64,000 bases of DNA, from positions 819 to 64,818 of the forward strand of contig JBFFHS010000006.1 of NCBI GenBank assembly GCA_041556855.1, written 5' to 3'. The position numbers and the translations under genes were made by a program. Shown here piece by piece: positions 46,100-55,766 of this stretch; position 1 is the stretch's first letter, and each line of letters starts with the position of its first letter. The notes beneath the pieces are model-generated. The model searched no databases and was not told the origin of the DNA. It worked only from the letters and a program-made list of their open reading frames with translations. The DNA is from Gammaproteobacteria bacterium. GTDB taxonomy: Bacteria > Pseudomonadota > Gammaproteobacteria > Steroidobacterales > JBFFHS01.

Positions 46100-49000
46100 C
46101 AGCGGTGCTCCGGCTTATGCAGAGCTGCACTGCCTGAGCAATTTCAGTTTTTTGCGTGGTGCCTCCCACCCGGAAGCGCTGATCCAGCGTGCCGCCGAAC
46201 TGGGCTATGAGGCATTGGCCTTGACCGACGAGTGCTCGGTAGCCGGTGTGGTCCGGGCTCATGCAGCGGCCAAATCCTTAAGCATCAAACTGATCATCGG
46301 CAGCGAATTGACGTTGGAAGATGGGCTTCAGGTTGTGGTGCTGGCTACCGACCGCGCCGCCTATGGCGATCTGTGCGAGCTGATCACGCAGGGTCGCCGG
46401 GCAGCAGCAAAGGGCGCCTATTCGCTGCAGCGCGAGGATTTACATGCCGCCCTGGCATCCAGCGGGTGCCTCATCCTGTGGCTGCCCGGCGAAGAAACGT
46501 CGGTGGCTGCCGGTCAGTGGCTGGCAAGGACCTTTCCCGGGCGGGTCTGGCTGGCCGTAGAGCTGCTGGCTACGGGGCATGATCAGCGGCTGCTGAAGCG
46601 CTGGTGCCATATGGCAGATCAGCTGGGTTTACCCGCAGTCGCCAGCGGCAACGTGCATATGCATGAGCATAGTCAGCACGCCCTGCAGGACACCGTAACG
46701 GCCATCCGGCAACGCACAACTCTGCAACAGGCAGGATTCGGTCTACATGCCAACGGCGAGCGCCATTTGCGCTCCCGGCGACGGTTAGGCGCACTCTATC
46801 CAAAGGAGCTGCTGGCCCAGACTCTGGAGATTGCCCAGCGCAGTCATTTTTCCCTGGATGAGCTGCGCTATGAATATCCCTATGAGCTGATTCCAGATCG
46901 CGAGACGCCGGCAAGTCACTTACGCAAGCTCACCGAGCAGGGTATGGCCTGGCGCTGGCCCAACGGTACGCCGGACAAGGTGTGTCAGCTGATCGAGCAT
47001 GAGCTTAAGCTCATCGCCGAGCTGAAATACGAACCCTATTTCCTGACCGTTCACGACATCATCCAGTTTGCCCGCCGCCAGGGCATTCTTTGTCAGGGTC
47101 GGGGCTCGGCCGCCAACTCCGCCGTGTGTTACTGCCTGGGTATTACGGAAGTGGATCCGGCGCGAATGGCCATGCTGGTAGAGCGTTTTATCTCCAAGGA
47201 ACGCAACGAGCCGCCAGATATCGACGTGGATTTCGAGCATGAGCGGCGCGAAGAGGTCATTCAGTACATCTATGAGAAATACGGCCGTGACCGGGCCGCG
47301 CTAGCCGCCACGGTCATGACCTATCGGGCTCGCAGCGCTGTGCGGGATGTGGGCAAAGCCCTGGGGCTCGGCGAGTATCAGGTAGATGCTCTGGCCAAGT
47401 CCCTGCAGTGGTGGGATGGGGGTGAGATTGACCCAGAGCGGCTGCGCGATATTGGGCTGGCGGCTAACAGCCCGCTGATTATCCAGTTCTTGCGGTTGGT
47501 GCGCAGCCTGATGGGCTTTCCGCGCCATTTGTCCCAGCACGTGGGTGGCTTCGTTATTTCCCAGGGTCCCCTGTGTCGCCTGGTTCCTATTGAAAATGCA
47601 GCGATGCCTGAACGCACCGTGATTCAGTGGGATAAGAATGACCTGGAAGAGTTGGGGCTGCTCAAGGTAGACGTGCTGGGCCTGGGGATGCTGTCCGCTA
47701 TCCGGCGCAGCTTCGAGTTGATCAAAACATTTTACGGTAAATCCATGAGCATGGCCGATGTGCCGGCTGAAGACCCCGCTGTTTACGACATGATTTGCGC
47801 CGCCGACACAATGGGCGTTTTTCAGATCGAATCCCGGGCCCAGATGGCTATGCTGCCGCGGCTCAAACCCCGTTGTTACTACGACCTGGTTATCGAGGTA
47901 GCCATCATTCGTCCGGGCCCGATCCAGGGCGATATGGTGCACCCCTATCTGCGCCGCCGAAACGGCGAAGAGCCGGTCGCCTATCCCAGCGCAGCCGTGG
48001 AGGAGGTGCTTCAGCGCACTTTAGGTGTTCCGATCTTTCAGGAGCAGGTGATGCAGCTGGCGATTGTGGCCGCGGGTTTCAGCGCCGGCGAGGCGGATGC
48101 TTTGCGGCGGGCGATGGCTGCCTGGAAGCGCCGCGGCGGCTTGGGTTCCTTCGAGAAACGGCTGATCCGCGGCATGCGTAAGCGCGGCTACAGTCAGAAA
48201 TTTGCTGAGCAAATCTTCCAGCAGATCCAAGGGTTCGGGGAATATGGTTTCCCTGAGTCCCATTCCGCTAGTTTTGCGTTGCTGGTGTATGTGTCCGCCT
48301 GGCTGAAATGCCATCAACCTGCCGTGTTCTTCTGCGCGTTGCTGAACAGCCAACCGATGGGCTTTTATGCGCCGGCCCAGTTGGTGCGCTGTGCCCGCGA
48401 GCACGGTGTAGAAGTCCGGCCTGTTGATGTGAATCACAGTGATTGGGATTCCAGCCTGGAGCGCGATGCCCTGGGCAGACCATTGCTGCGTCTGGGCTTA
48501 CGGCTGGTCAAGGGGTTCTCCCAGCGTGGTGCTGAGGCGCTCGTTGGGGCGCGCCGGTTGGGGGCGTTCAGCAGCGCCCAGGATCTGGCCGAGCGCAGCC
48601 GTTTGGGCCGCAAGGATCTGGGCGCGTTAGCGGCCGCCGACGCATACGCGGGTTTTACCAGTGATCGGCATCGAGCCCGCTGGGACGTGGCCGGGGTGCA
48701 GGCGCCAACAGCGCTGCTCGCGGAAATCCGTATCCCGGAAGCGGTGCCGCTGTTAAAGCCACCCTCGGAGGGTGACAATATCGTCGCCGACTATCGCCAT
48801 CTGGGCGTGAGTCTGCGCCGCCATCCTATGGCACTGCTGCGCGAGTCTCTGCAGGCCCTGCAGACCGTTACGGCGGCAGGCTTAAGAGAGTTTTGCTCCG
48901 GGGCACGAGTCTATACCGCTGGTCTGGTCATTAACCGGCAACGGCCGTCCAGTGCCAGCGGGGTCACCTTTGTGACGCTGGAGGATGAGACCGGCTATAT

Positions 49001-49184
49001 CAACCTTATTGTTTGGCAGACGCTGGCCGAGCAGCAGCGCAAGGTGCTTTTGGGTTCGTCGCTATTGGGCGTTCGGGGTGAGGTGCAACGGCAGGGGGAG
49101 GTTCTGCATGTGATTGCCCACGACCTGGAGGATAATAGCCGACTGCTGGGGCAGCTAACGCTGCCCTCGAGAGATTTCCGCTAG
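46083..49184 (+). CDS. dnaE2: Error-prone DNA polymerase DnaE2/ImuC
   Basis: YAELHCLSNFSFLRGASHPEALIQRAAELGYEALALTDECS; QGRGSAANSAVCYCLGIT; ERNEPPDIDVDFEHERREEVIQYIYEKYGRDRAALAATVMTYR. Confidence 0.97.
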   Translation: MASSASSGAPAYAELHCLSNFSFLRGASHPEALIQRAAELGYEALALTDECSVAGVVRAHAAAKSLSIKLIIGSELTLEDGLQVVVLATDRAAYGDLCELITQGRRAAAKGAYSLQREDLHAALASSGCLILWLPGEETSVAAGQWLARTFPGRVWLAVELLATGHDQRLLKRWCHMADQLGLPAVASGNVHMHEHSQHALQDTVTAIRQRTTLQQAGFGLHANGERHLRSRRRLGALYPKELLAQTLEIAQRSHFSLDELRYEYPYELIPDRETPASHLRKLTEQGMAWRWPNGTPDKVCQLIEHELKLIAELKYEPYFLTVHDIIQFARRQGILCQGRGSAANSAVCYCLGITEVDPARMAMLVERFISKERNEPPDIDVDFEHERREEVIQYIYEKYGRDRAALAATVMTYRARSAVRDVGKALGLGEYQVDALAKSLQWWDGGEIDPERLRDIGLAANSPLIIQFLRLVRSLMGFPRHLSQHVGGFVISQGPLCRLVPIENAAMPERTVIQWDKNDLEELGLLKVDVLGLGMLSAIRRSFELIKTFYGKSMSMADVPAEDPAVYDMICAADTMGVFQIESRAQMAMLPRLKPRCYYDLVIEVAIIRPGPIQGDMVHPYLRRRNGEEPVAYPSAAVEEVLQRTLGVPIFQEQVMQLAIVAAGFSAGEADALRRAMAAWKRRGGLGSFEKRLIRGMRKRGYSQKFAEQIFQQIQGFGEYGFPESHSASFALLVYVSAWLKCHQPAVFFCALLNSQPMGFYAPAQLVRCAREHGVEVRPVDVNHSDWDSSLERDALGRPLLRLGLRLVKGFSQRGAEALVGARRLGAFSSAQDLAERSRLGRKDLGALAAADAYAGFTSDRHRARWDVAGVQAPTALLAEIRIPEAVPLLKPPSEGDNIVADYRHLGVSLRRHPMALLRESLQALQTVTAAGLREFCSGARVYTAGLVINRQRPSSASGVTFVTLEDETGYINLIVWQTLAEQQRKVLLGSSLLGVRGEVQRQGEVLHVIAHDLEDNSRLLGQLTLPSRDFR

Positions 49185-49199
49185 GTTTCGGGGCGGCCC

Positions 49200-49463
49200 C
49201 TAAATGTCGTAGTCGTCGAAATCTTCCAACTCACGAGCGGCGCGTTTCTGTTCCATCATCTCTTCGAGTCTGCGCCGTGCCGCCTCCGGACCCTGGCCTT
49301 CACTGCTCAGAAGACCATCCACTTCCAGATCGTGCAGCAGCGCTTCTACGTTGATTTCCACGGAAACATCGCCGACGTTGTCCGTCGACTCACGCACGAT
49401 GGTGGGTTCGTCAAACTCGTCTTCAGGCTCGAAACCGGTAGCCTCAACCTCACTCATATCCAC
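49200..49463 (-). CDS. Small acidic hypothetical protein
   Basis: MDMSEVEATGFEPEDEFDEPTIVRESTDNVGDVSVEINVEALLHDLEVDGLLSSEGQGPEAARRRLEEMMEQKRAARELEDFDDYDI; SD-like GGAGGGG upstream (minus strand). Confidence 0.65.
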   Translation of the reverse strand: MDMSEVEATGFEPEDEFDEPTIVRESTDNVGDVSVEINVEALLHDLEVDGLLSSEGQGPEAARRRLEEMMEQKRAARELEDFDDYDI

Positions 49464-49622
49464 CCCTCCCTACCAGGCGGAAGACACAAAGTGTTATTAC
49501 GTTTAAAGCTTGAACGCCGCTGTTATAGCGCTAAGTCAAGGTCTTGGCAATGACGAAATTCGTAACTTGTGAAGTGGTCCACAATGCCGCATAAAAACGG
49601 AAGATTTTCAGCACATTAGACG

Positions 49623-50840
49623 TCAGGCAACCAGCTGGTTGATCTGGAAAATAGGTAGCAGAATGGCCATCACGATCAATAAGACAACCAGCCCCATAAA
49701 GACGATCAGGGCCGGCTCCAAGGTCCCCAGCAGCGTATTGATCAGCGAGTTCATCTCGCTTTCCTGGTGAGCCGCGGCACGCTCCAGCATGCTGTCCAGC
49801 TCGCCACTGGCTTCGCCGCTGGAAATAAGGTGGATGCTCATGGGCGGAAACAGCCGGCTCACCGCCAGGGCCCGGCCAATGGCGCCACCCTCGCGAACCT
49901 TTACGGCCGCTTCGTCGATCGCGTCGCGCATGGGTAGATTGGTGACCACCGAGGCCCCGATGCGTAACGCCTCCAGCACCGGCACACCGCTGCTGGAAAG
50001 AATACTCAGGGTGCGGGTGAAGCGTGCCGTGTTCAGGCCACGAACCAGGCGGCCTACCAGCGGCAGGCTGAGCAATGAGCGGTGGTAGCGGCGGCGTGGC
50101 CCGGGCTCCTTGAGAATCCGCCGAATAGCCAGGGTTATGCCCACCACCAGCAGCAGTATCAGCCACCACCAATCCCGCAGGAAGTCGCTGGTGGCGATCA
50201 GTACGGTCGTCAGCAGCGGCAGCTCGTTACCCGTGTTTTCAAACACGCTGATGACCTTCGGTACCACGTAAACCAGCATGGCAGTGATGATGCCGAAGGC
50301 CATGGTGGTCAGCACGATGGGATAGATCATGGCGTGGCTGACCTGCTGCCGCAGCGCCTGGCGTGACTCGGTGTAGTCGGCGAGCCGTTCCAGCACCGCA
50401 TCCAAGTGACCCGCCTGTTCGCCCGCCGCCACGGTGGCTCGGTAAACCTCCGGAAAGGCCCGGGGAAATTCCTCCAGGCCGGCGGCCAGCGTATGGCCTT
50501 CCATAACCTTTGCCCGAACGCCAAGCATAATGGTCTTCAAGCGGGGTTTGTCGGTTTGCTCACTGACGGCTTGCAGTGCCTCTTCCAGCGGCATTCCGGC
50601 GCGTGCCAGGGTCGCTAGCTGGCGGGTCAAGAGGGCCAGATCCAGGGCAGAAACCCCTCGCCGCGCGGAAAGCTTGGTTCCAGTCCGGCGTTCTTGCTGC
50701 GACGCCACCTCAGCCACCGTGACGGGCATGAGCTTGCGCTCACGCAGCAGCTGGCGCACCTGGCGCGCGGTATCTCCTTCCAGAACGCCTTTGCGCTCTT
50801 TCCCCCGGGTGTCTACGGCGACGTATTGATAAGCGCCCAT
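49623..50840 (-). CDS. gspF: Type II secretion system inner membrane protein GspF
   Basis: LARAGMPLEEALQAVSEQTDKPRLKTIMLGVRAKVMEGHTLAAGLEEFP; VYRATVAAGEQAGHLDAVLERLADYTE. Confidence 0.94.
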   Translation of the reverse strand: MGAYQYVAVDTRGKERKGVLEGDTARQVRQLLRERKLMPVTVAEVASQQERRTGTKLSARRGVSALDLALLTRQLATLARAGMPLEEALQAVSEQTDKPRLKTIMLGVRAKVMEGHTLAAGLEEFPRAFPEVYRATVAAGEQAGHLDAVLERLADYTESRQALRQQVSHAMIYPIVLTTMAFGIITAMLVYVVPKVISVFENTGNELPLLTTVLIATSDFLRDWWWLILLLVVGITLAIRRILKEPGPRRRYHRSLLSLPLVGRLVRGLNTARFTRTLSILSSSGVPVLEALRIGASVVTNLPMRDAIDEAAVKVREGGAIGRALAVSRLFPPMSIHLISSGEASGELDSMLERAAAHQESEMNSLINTLLGTLEPALIVFMGLVVLLIVMAILLPIFQINQLVA

Positions 50841-52333
50841 CAGTCAGCCCGGGTGACGCGCAGCACCTCCTCCAGCGTGGTGGTGCCGGCCAGTACTTTC
50901 TGCCGGCCATCCTCCCGAATACTGGGTCCCTGGCTGCGGGCATAGTGCTCAAGTTCGTGTTCGCCAGCGCCGTCGTGAATCATGGTGCGCATGGTGTCAT
51001 CGACCGCGATGAGCTCGTAGATACCGGTCCTGCCCCTGAATCCCGCGTCGCCGTTTACCGGTCGATAGAGGGTCGCAGGCTGGTCAGGCTCCAGATCCAG
51101 CATACGACATTCGTATTCGCCGGCCGGGTACGCTTCCCGGGTATCGGTATCCAGGACCCGTACCAGCCGCTGGGCCAGCACTCCGATCAGGCTCGACGAC
51201 AACAGGAAGGGCTCGACCCCCATGTCGCGCAGACGGGTCACCGCGCCTACCGCAGTATTTGTATGCAGCGTCGACAGAACCAGGTGCCCGGTCAAGCTGG
51301 CTTGCACTGCGATCTCGGCGGTCTCCAAGTCGCGGATTTCGCCCACCATCACGACGTCCGGGTCCTGGCGCAGGATCGCCCGGAGGCCGCGGGCAAAGGT
51401 CATTTCCACCTTGGTGTTGACCTGGGTTTGACCAATCCCGTCGATGTAATACTCGATGGGGTCTTCCACGGTCATGATGTTGCGGCTCAAGTCGTTGATG
51501 CGCTCCAGCGCCGCGTACAGGGTGGTGGTCTTGCCGGAGCCGGTGGGGCCAGTTACGAGAATGATGCCGTGGGGCTTGTGTATGAGCTCATCCACGGTGG
51601 TTTGAATTGCCGGGGCCATGCCCAAGCTGTCCAAGTCGAGTCGGCCCGCCTGCTTGTCCAGCAGCCGCAGCACGACCCGCTCACCATGCCCGGAGGGCAA
51701 AGTGGAGACCCGCACGTCCACGGCGCGCCCGGCAATTCGGAGGGAGATCCGGCCGTCCTGAGGCAGGCGTTTCTCCGCGATGTCCAACTTGGACATGACT
51801 TTGATGCGGGATACCACCAGCGGTGCCACGGCGCGGCGGGATTGCAGAACTTCCCGCAGCACACCATCGATGCGAAATCGCACGACCAGCCGGTTCTCGT
51901 AGGGCTCGATGTGAATGTCCGAAGCGTTGTCTTTGACGGCCTGAGTAAGCACGGCATTGATCAGGCGGATAATAGGCGCGTCATCCTCGCTTTCCAGAAG
52001 ATCCGATGGTTCAGGCAGCTGGTTGGCTACCTCGTCCAGGTCCTCCGTTTCCTCATCGAACCCTTGCACCATCTGCATCGCGGCGCCGCCTTCGTAGGCC
52101 GTCTGCAGCAGCGTGTCGAAGGTGTCTTCATCCACAGGCGTCAAGACAACCGGCACGCCGGCAAAACGCCGCAGCTCCGCAAGAGTCAACTGGGACACAC
52201 CTGGACGGAAGACGGCGTCCGCCTGGCCATTCTGGTAGTCCCGGATCAGTACCCCGTGGCGTTTCGCAAACGCAAACGGCAGGCGTTTTCCAACGTCTCG
52301 TTGTGCAACGAGGGCCTCAGGCTCAGCTGCCAT
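50840..52333 (-). CDS. gspE: Type II secretion system ATPase GspE
   Basis: GIILVTGPTGSGKTTTLYAALERIN; EDPIEYYIDGIGQTQVN; RGRTGIYELIAVDD. Confidence 0.94.
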   Translation of the reverse strand: MAAEPEALVAQRDVGKRLPFAFAKRHGVLIRDYQNGQADAVFRPGVSQLTLAELRRFAGVPVVLTPVDEDTFDTLLQTAYEGGAAMQMVQGFDEETEDLDEVANQLPEPSDLLESEDDAPIIRLINAVLTQAVKDNASDIHIEPYENRLVVRFRIDGVLREVLQSRRAVAPLVVSRIKVMSKLDIAEKRLPQDGRISLRIAGRAVDVRVSTLPSGHGERVVLRLLDKQAGRLDLDSLGMAPAIQTTVDELIHKPHGIILVTGPTGSGKTTTLYAALERINDLSRNIMTVEDPIEYYIDGIGQTQVNTKVEMTFARGLRAILRQDPDVVMVGEIRDLETAEIAVQASLTGHLVLSTLHTNTAVGAVTRLRDMGVEPFLLSSSLIGVLAQRLVRVLDTDTREAYPAGEYECRMLDLEPDQPATLYRPVNGDAGFRGRTGIYELIAVDDTMRTMIHDGAGEHELEHYARSQGPSIREDGRQKVLAGTTTLEEVLRVTRAD

Positions 52334-54305
52334 CGTCCGTAATCTCTCCCTGGTCGTCGGAGTCTTCAGAAGCGGTCTGGGGCTGCGGCCGTGCGGCTGG
52401 CAGTTCCGGTAGGACCGGGCGTTGCTGTTCGCGCATCAGTCGAATATTTCTCTGGCCTTGCTCGATCTGTAGATCACGAATGTAGTTGTATTTGGCATTG
52501 GATTCGAAACGGGCCTGCACACCGTCCCGGAGGATGGTCGGTTTGATGAAAACCATTAGATTGGTCTTGAGCTTCTCCGTTGAGCGGGCACGGAACAGCG
52601 CCCCCAAAATGGGGAGGTTGCCCAGAACCGGCACCCGCTGCTCGCTTTCGCGCACCGTGTCGTCGATCAATCCGCCCAGCACCAGCACGTCCGTATCTTC
52701 TACGAAGACCGAGGTTGAGATGGTGCGGTTGTTGGTGATCAGGTCAACGGCACCGGAGGCACCCTGGCTGATGCTGGAGGTCTCCTGTTCGATCTTCAGC
52801 AGTACGCCGCTGCCTTCGTTGATCTGGGGCGTGATTTTCAGGCTGGTGCCAACCTCTTCCCGCTGAATTGTCTGGAACGGATTCACGGCGCCTGCGGCCG
52901 CGCCGGTATTCGTGAACGAACCGGTCAGGAAAGGCACCTCCTGGCCTACTTTTATCTCCGCTTCCTGGTTATCCATGGTCACGATGGTGGGCGTTGAGAT
53001 AATGTTGGTGTTGGCATCGCCGGCCAGGGCCGAGATGATTGCCGCGAAGCTGGTGCCGTCGTCCCGGAGTCGGCCCACGCCAAGGGTAATGCCCTCCGGC
53101 AGCACGCTGGGGTCGGCAACTTCGCCGCCCGCGGCCGTGGCCAGCTGGACGATCCCGGGGACGGTTGATCCGAAATTAGTCAGGCCAATGGCGTTGTCGC
53201 CGTCACTGCCGTCCACCGCCCAGGTCACGCCGAGCTCAGCAGCTCGGTCGTCGGTGATCTCCACAATGATGGCCTCTACCAGCACCTGGGCGCGGCGGAT
53301 GTCGAGCTTATCCACGACCACCATCATGTCGCGCATGCTCTTGGGCGGCGCGGTGACCACCAGCGCATTGGTGGGTTCGTCGGCCCAGATCTGAATTTCA
53401 GTCCCTGGCGCGGGAGCCGCGCCACCCTGACCACCAGCCGCCGCGCCGCCGAACTGGGTCTGCAGTTTGGTGGCCAGTTCCTCCGCGTCGGCGTAGTTGA
53501 GATAGCGTACTTGGGTGTCGCCGCCGTCCTCGGTTGGTGTGTCCAGATGAGACACCAGCGCGCGCATGCGCAAACGGCCGTTTTTCGACCCGCCGATCAG
53601 GACGCTGTTGGTGCGGTCGTCCGCCACGATCTGCATAGACGGCGCGCCCCCGGCCGCCTGGGTAGCCTGGTTCAACGCGGATAGCATCCGCACCACCTCC
53701 GCTGCCGAGGCATGCTCCAGTGGGATGACCTCGATTTCCTCGTCGCCGGCTTGATCAATGCGATCGATGATGCGCATCAGCCTGCGAACATTTGCACCCC
53801 GGTCGGAAATGATCAGCATGTTCGAGGCGGGATGGGCGGCAAGATGACCGTACTGAGGGATCAGCGGTCGCAGAATGGGTACCAGCTGCGCTGCACCCAC
53901 GTTGCGCAACATCAGCGTCTGGGTGACCAACTGGTCGCCACTGGCGCTGGTGGGGCCGGGAAACTGGCGAGCGTTGGCATCGGGCACGATCTTGGTGATC
54001 TCACCCGAGGGCACCGCCACGAAGCCGTGTACCTGCAGAATGGACAGAAACGTCTCATAGAATGCGTCCGCGCTCATGGGCGTGGCCGACAGCATGGTGA
54101 CTTGCGCCTTGACGCGCGGATCCAGTACGAAGTTCTTGCCCGTGACCTCGCTGACCGCTTCGACGATCTGTCGGATATCGGCTTCGCGGTAGTTGGGCTT
54201 GATCATCGCCTCGTCTTCCTGGGCCTTGACCGCGGGGAGGAACCAGCTCAAAGCCATGACCAAAACGATCGCGAGGGCGGCATGATGATGTTTGTGCGCT
54301 GTCAT
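52323..54305 (-). CDS. gspD: Type II secretion system secretin GspD
   Basis: NFVLDPRVKAQVTMLSATPMSADAFYETFLSILQVHGFVAVPSG; VPVLGNLPILGALFRARSTEKLKTNLMVFIKPTIL. Confidence 0.95.
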   Translation of the reverse strand: MTAHKHHHAALAIVLVMALSWFLPAVKAQEDEAMIKPNYREADIRQIVEAVSEVTGKNFVLDPRVKAQVTMLSATPMSADAFYETFLSILQVHGFVAVPSGEITKIVPDANARQFPGPTSASGDQLVTQTLMLRNVGAAQLVPILRPLIPQYGHLAAHPASNMLIISDRGANVRRLMRIIDRIDQAGDEEIEVIPLEHASAAEVVRMLSALNQATQAAGGAPSMQIVADDRTNSVLIGGSKNGRLRMRALVSHLDTPTEDGGDTQVRYLNYADAEELATKLQTQFGGAAAGGQGGAAPAPGTEIQIWADEPTNALVVTAPPKSMRDMMVVVDKLDIRRAQVLVEAIIVEITDDRAAELGVTWAVDGSDGDNAIGLTNFGSTVPGIVQLATAAGGEVADPSVLPEGITLGVGRLRDDGTSFAAIISALAGDANTNIISTPTIVTMDNQEAEIKVGQEVPFLTGSFTNTGAAAGAVNPFQTIQREEVGTSLKITPQINEGSGVLLKIEQETSSISQGASGAVDLITNNRTISTSVFVEDTDVLVLGGLIDDTVRESEQRVPVLGNLPILGALFRARSTEKLKTNLMVFIKPTILRDGVQARFESNAKYNYIRDLQIEQGQRNIRLMREQQRPVLPELPAARPQPQTASEDSDDQGEITDDGS

Positions 54306-54326
54306 GAGACGTCCTTGTGTTCGTTC

Positions 54327-55259
54327 TTACTCGCGTTGCTGATCCAATTCACCGAGAGAACTGGTGTCTATCACCAGGACCTCGTCCTGGCCTCCACGGC
54401 GCACGGTTACCGTTGCCTGGGTAGACTCACCCAATGCTTCGAACACCTGGAGGCCGGCGCTGGGGTCGGTCATGGCCGTGCCATTGATATCAGTGACGAC
54501 GTCACCTGGGCGCAGCCCCAGCGAGGCGAATTGCTGCCGGTCGCGACCCGGGTTAATCCGGAAACCCACCATCTGCCCCTGTTCCATGTGGGGTGCCACG
54601 CGGATGATGTCTGAGATCTTCGACGCGTTTGATGCAATGACGTTTCGCAGCGAACTCTCCGTTGGGGTAGGCCGTGCCCGCGTCGGCACATTGGCGCGCC
54701 CGCGCGCTGCTGCAGCGAACTCCTTGGGTAGCCGCAGCGCTTCCAGAATGCCGCCGCGATTCAGAATGACCCGATCGTCCTGAACCTCGTGGACTTTCGC
54801 GCCGCCGGGAACCGCATCGCCAACCTTATAAAGTTTCTCCTGGCCCCGGTTGTCCGCGACGATCGCTAATCCGCCGCTGGGATCGTCTCCCGCGATGATG
54901 CCTCGCAGCTTGAGGCTCAGGCGGGTCTCTGGCGCGTCTTCGACCTGCTGGACGACCGGCGCGGGTGTTGCGCTGGCCTCGCCGAATAGATGCGCGCCCA
55001 GCACGGGTTCCAGGTCCAGCGGCGCGGCCGAGCGAGCTGCGCTCGGGGCGGGGGCTACGACAATATTGGGCGCGAGCTCACCAGCGGGCATCAGCAGCCA
55101 GGTGACTTCCGCAAGCTTGTACGCGGCCGCAATCACCACCAGCGCGGTGACCCAGGGCGGCAGCACGCGGCCGGCGGTTGCGGCCCACTGGCCCGGATCC
55201 TGGGCCACCAACTGGCTTATTCGCTGTGCAATCATCGAGTTGCCCGCGGAGCCGGCCAC
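54327..55259 (-). CDS. gspC: Type II secretion system protein GspC
   Basis: TM segment, PLDLEPVLGAHLFGEA, homology region, C-terminal PDZ-like GFRINPGRDRQQFASLGLRPGDVVTDINGTAMTDP. Confidence 0.9.
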   Translation of the reverse strand: MAGSAGNSMIAQRISQLVAQDPGQWAATAGRVLPPWVTALVVIAAAYKLAEVTWLLMPAGELAPNIVVAPAPSAARSAAPLDLEPVLGAHLFGEASATPAPVVQQVEDAPETRLSLKLRGIIAGDDPSGGLAIVADNRGQEKLYKVGDAVPGGAKVHEVQDDRVILNRGGILEALRLPKEFAAAARGRANVPTRARPTPTESSLRNVIASNASKISDIIRVAPHMEQGQMVGFRINPGRDRQQFASLGLRPGDVVTDINGTAMTDPSAGLQVFEALGESTQATVTVRRGGQDEVLVIDTSSLGELDQQRE

Positions 55260-55400
55260 GTGGCCGAGTCCCAGTTAAACAAAGGATGATATCGGCTTCT
55301 TGCCTGATTTCACAAGGTATTTTGTCTCAGTTTCCTCGTAATACTGGACGACTGGAGTCACAAGCTGAGAAACTACTTGAGGTACTCGAACGCACGGTCC

Positions 55401-55429
55401 TTGTAAACTGAGAGAGCTAAACCTATATA
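55401..55429 (+). promoter_or_regulatory. Candidate promoter of clpS
   Basis: TTGTAA (55401-55406) - 17 nt - TATATA (55424-55429). Confidence 0.4.
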
Positions 55430-55436
55430 TGGCGCT

Positions 55437-55766
55437 ATGTCCGATCAGGACCCCCGCATCGGTCAGGATGACGATCACGGCCTCGCCATTGAGGAGGCTC
55501 GGCCGCGGCTCAAGAAACCCCCGTTGTATCGAGTGGTGTTATTGAACGATGACTATACCCCTATGGAGTTCGTCGTAGAGGTGTTGCAGAAGGTGTTCTC
55601 AATGGACAGAACCAATGCAACCCGCATCATGTTGGAGGTTCATACCAAGGGCAAGGGCGTCTGCGGTGTCTACACCTATGAGATCGCGGAGACCAAGGTG
55701 GCCCAGGTTACTGGTCTCGCGCAGCAGCACCAGCATCCGCTGTTATGCACTATGGAAGAGACTTAA
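55437..55766 (+). CDS. clpS: ATP-dependent Clp protease adaptor ClpS
   Basis: [57 protein letters not shown]. Confidence 0.97.
   Translation: MSDQDPRIGQDDDHGLAIEEARPRLKKPPLYRVVLLNDDYTPMEFVVEVLQKVFSMDRTNATRIMLEVHTKGKGVCGVYTYEIAETKVAQVTGLAQQHQHPLLCTMEET

Noticed and set aside
50945-52342. 465-aa plus-strand ORF opposite gspE
   Set aside because: Complete overlap with a conserved ATPase on the other strand; low-complexity His/Arg/Gly/Val composition typical of shadow ORFs.
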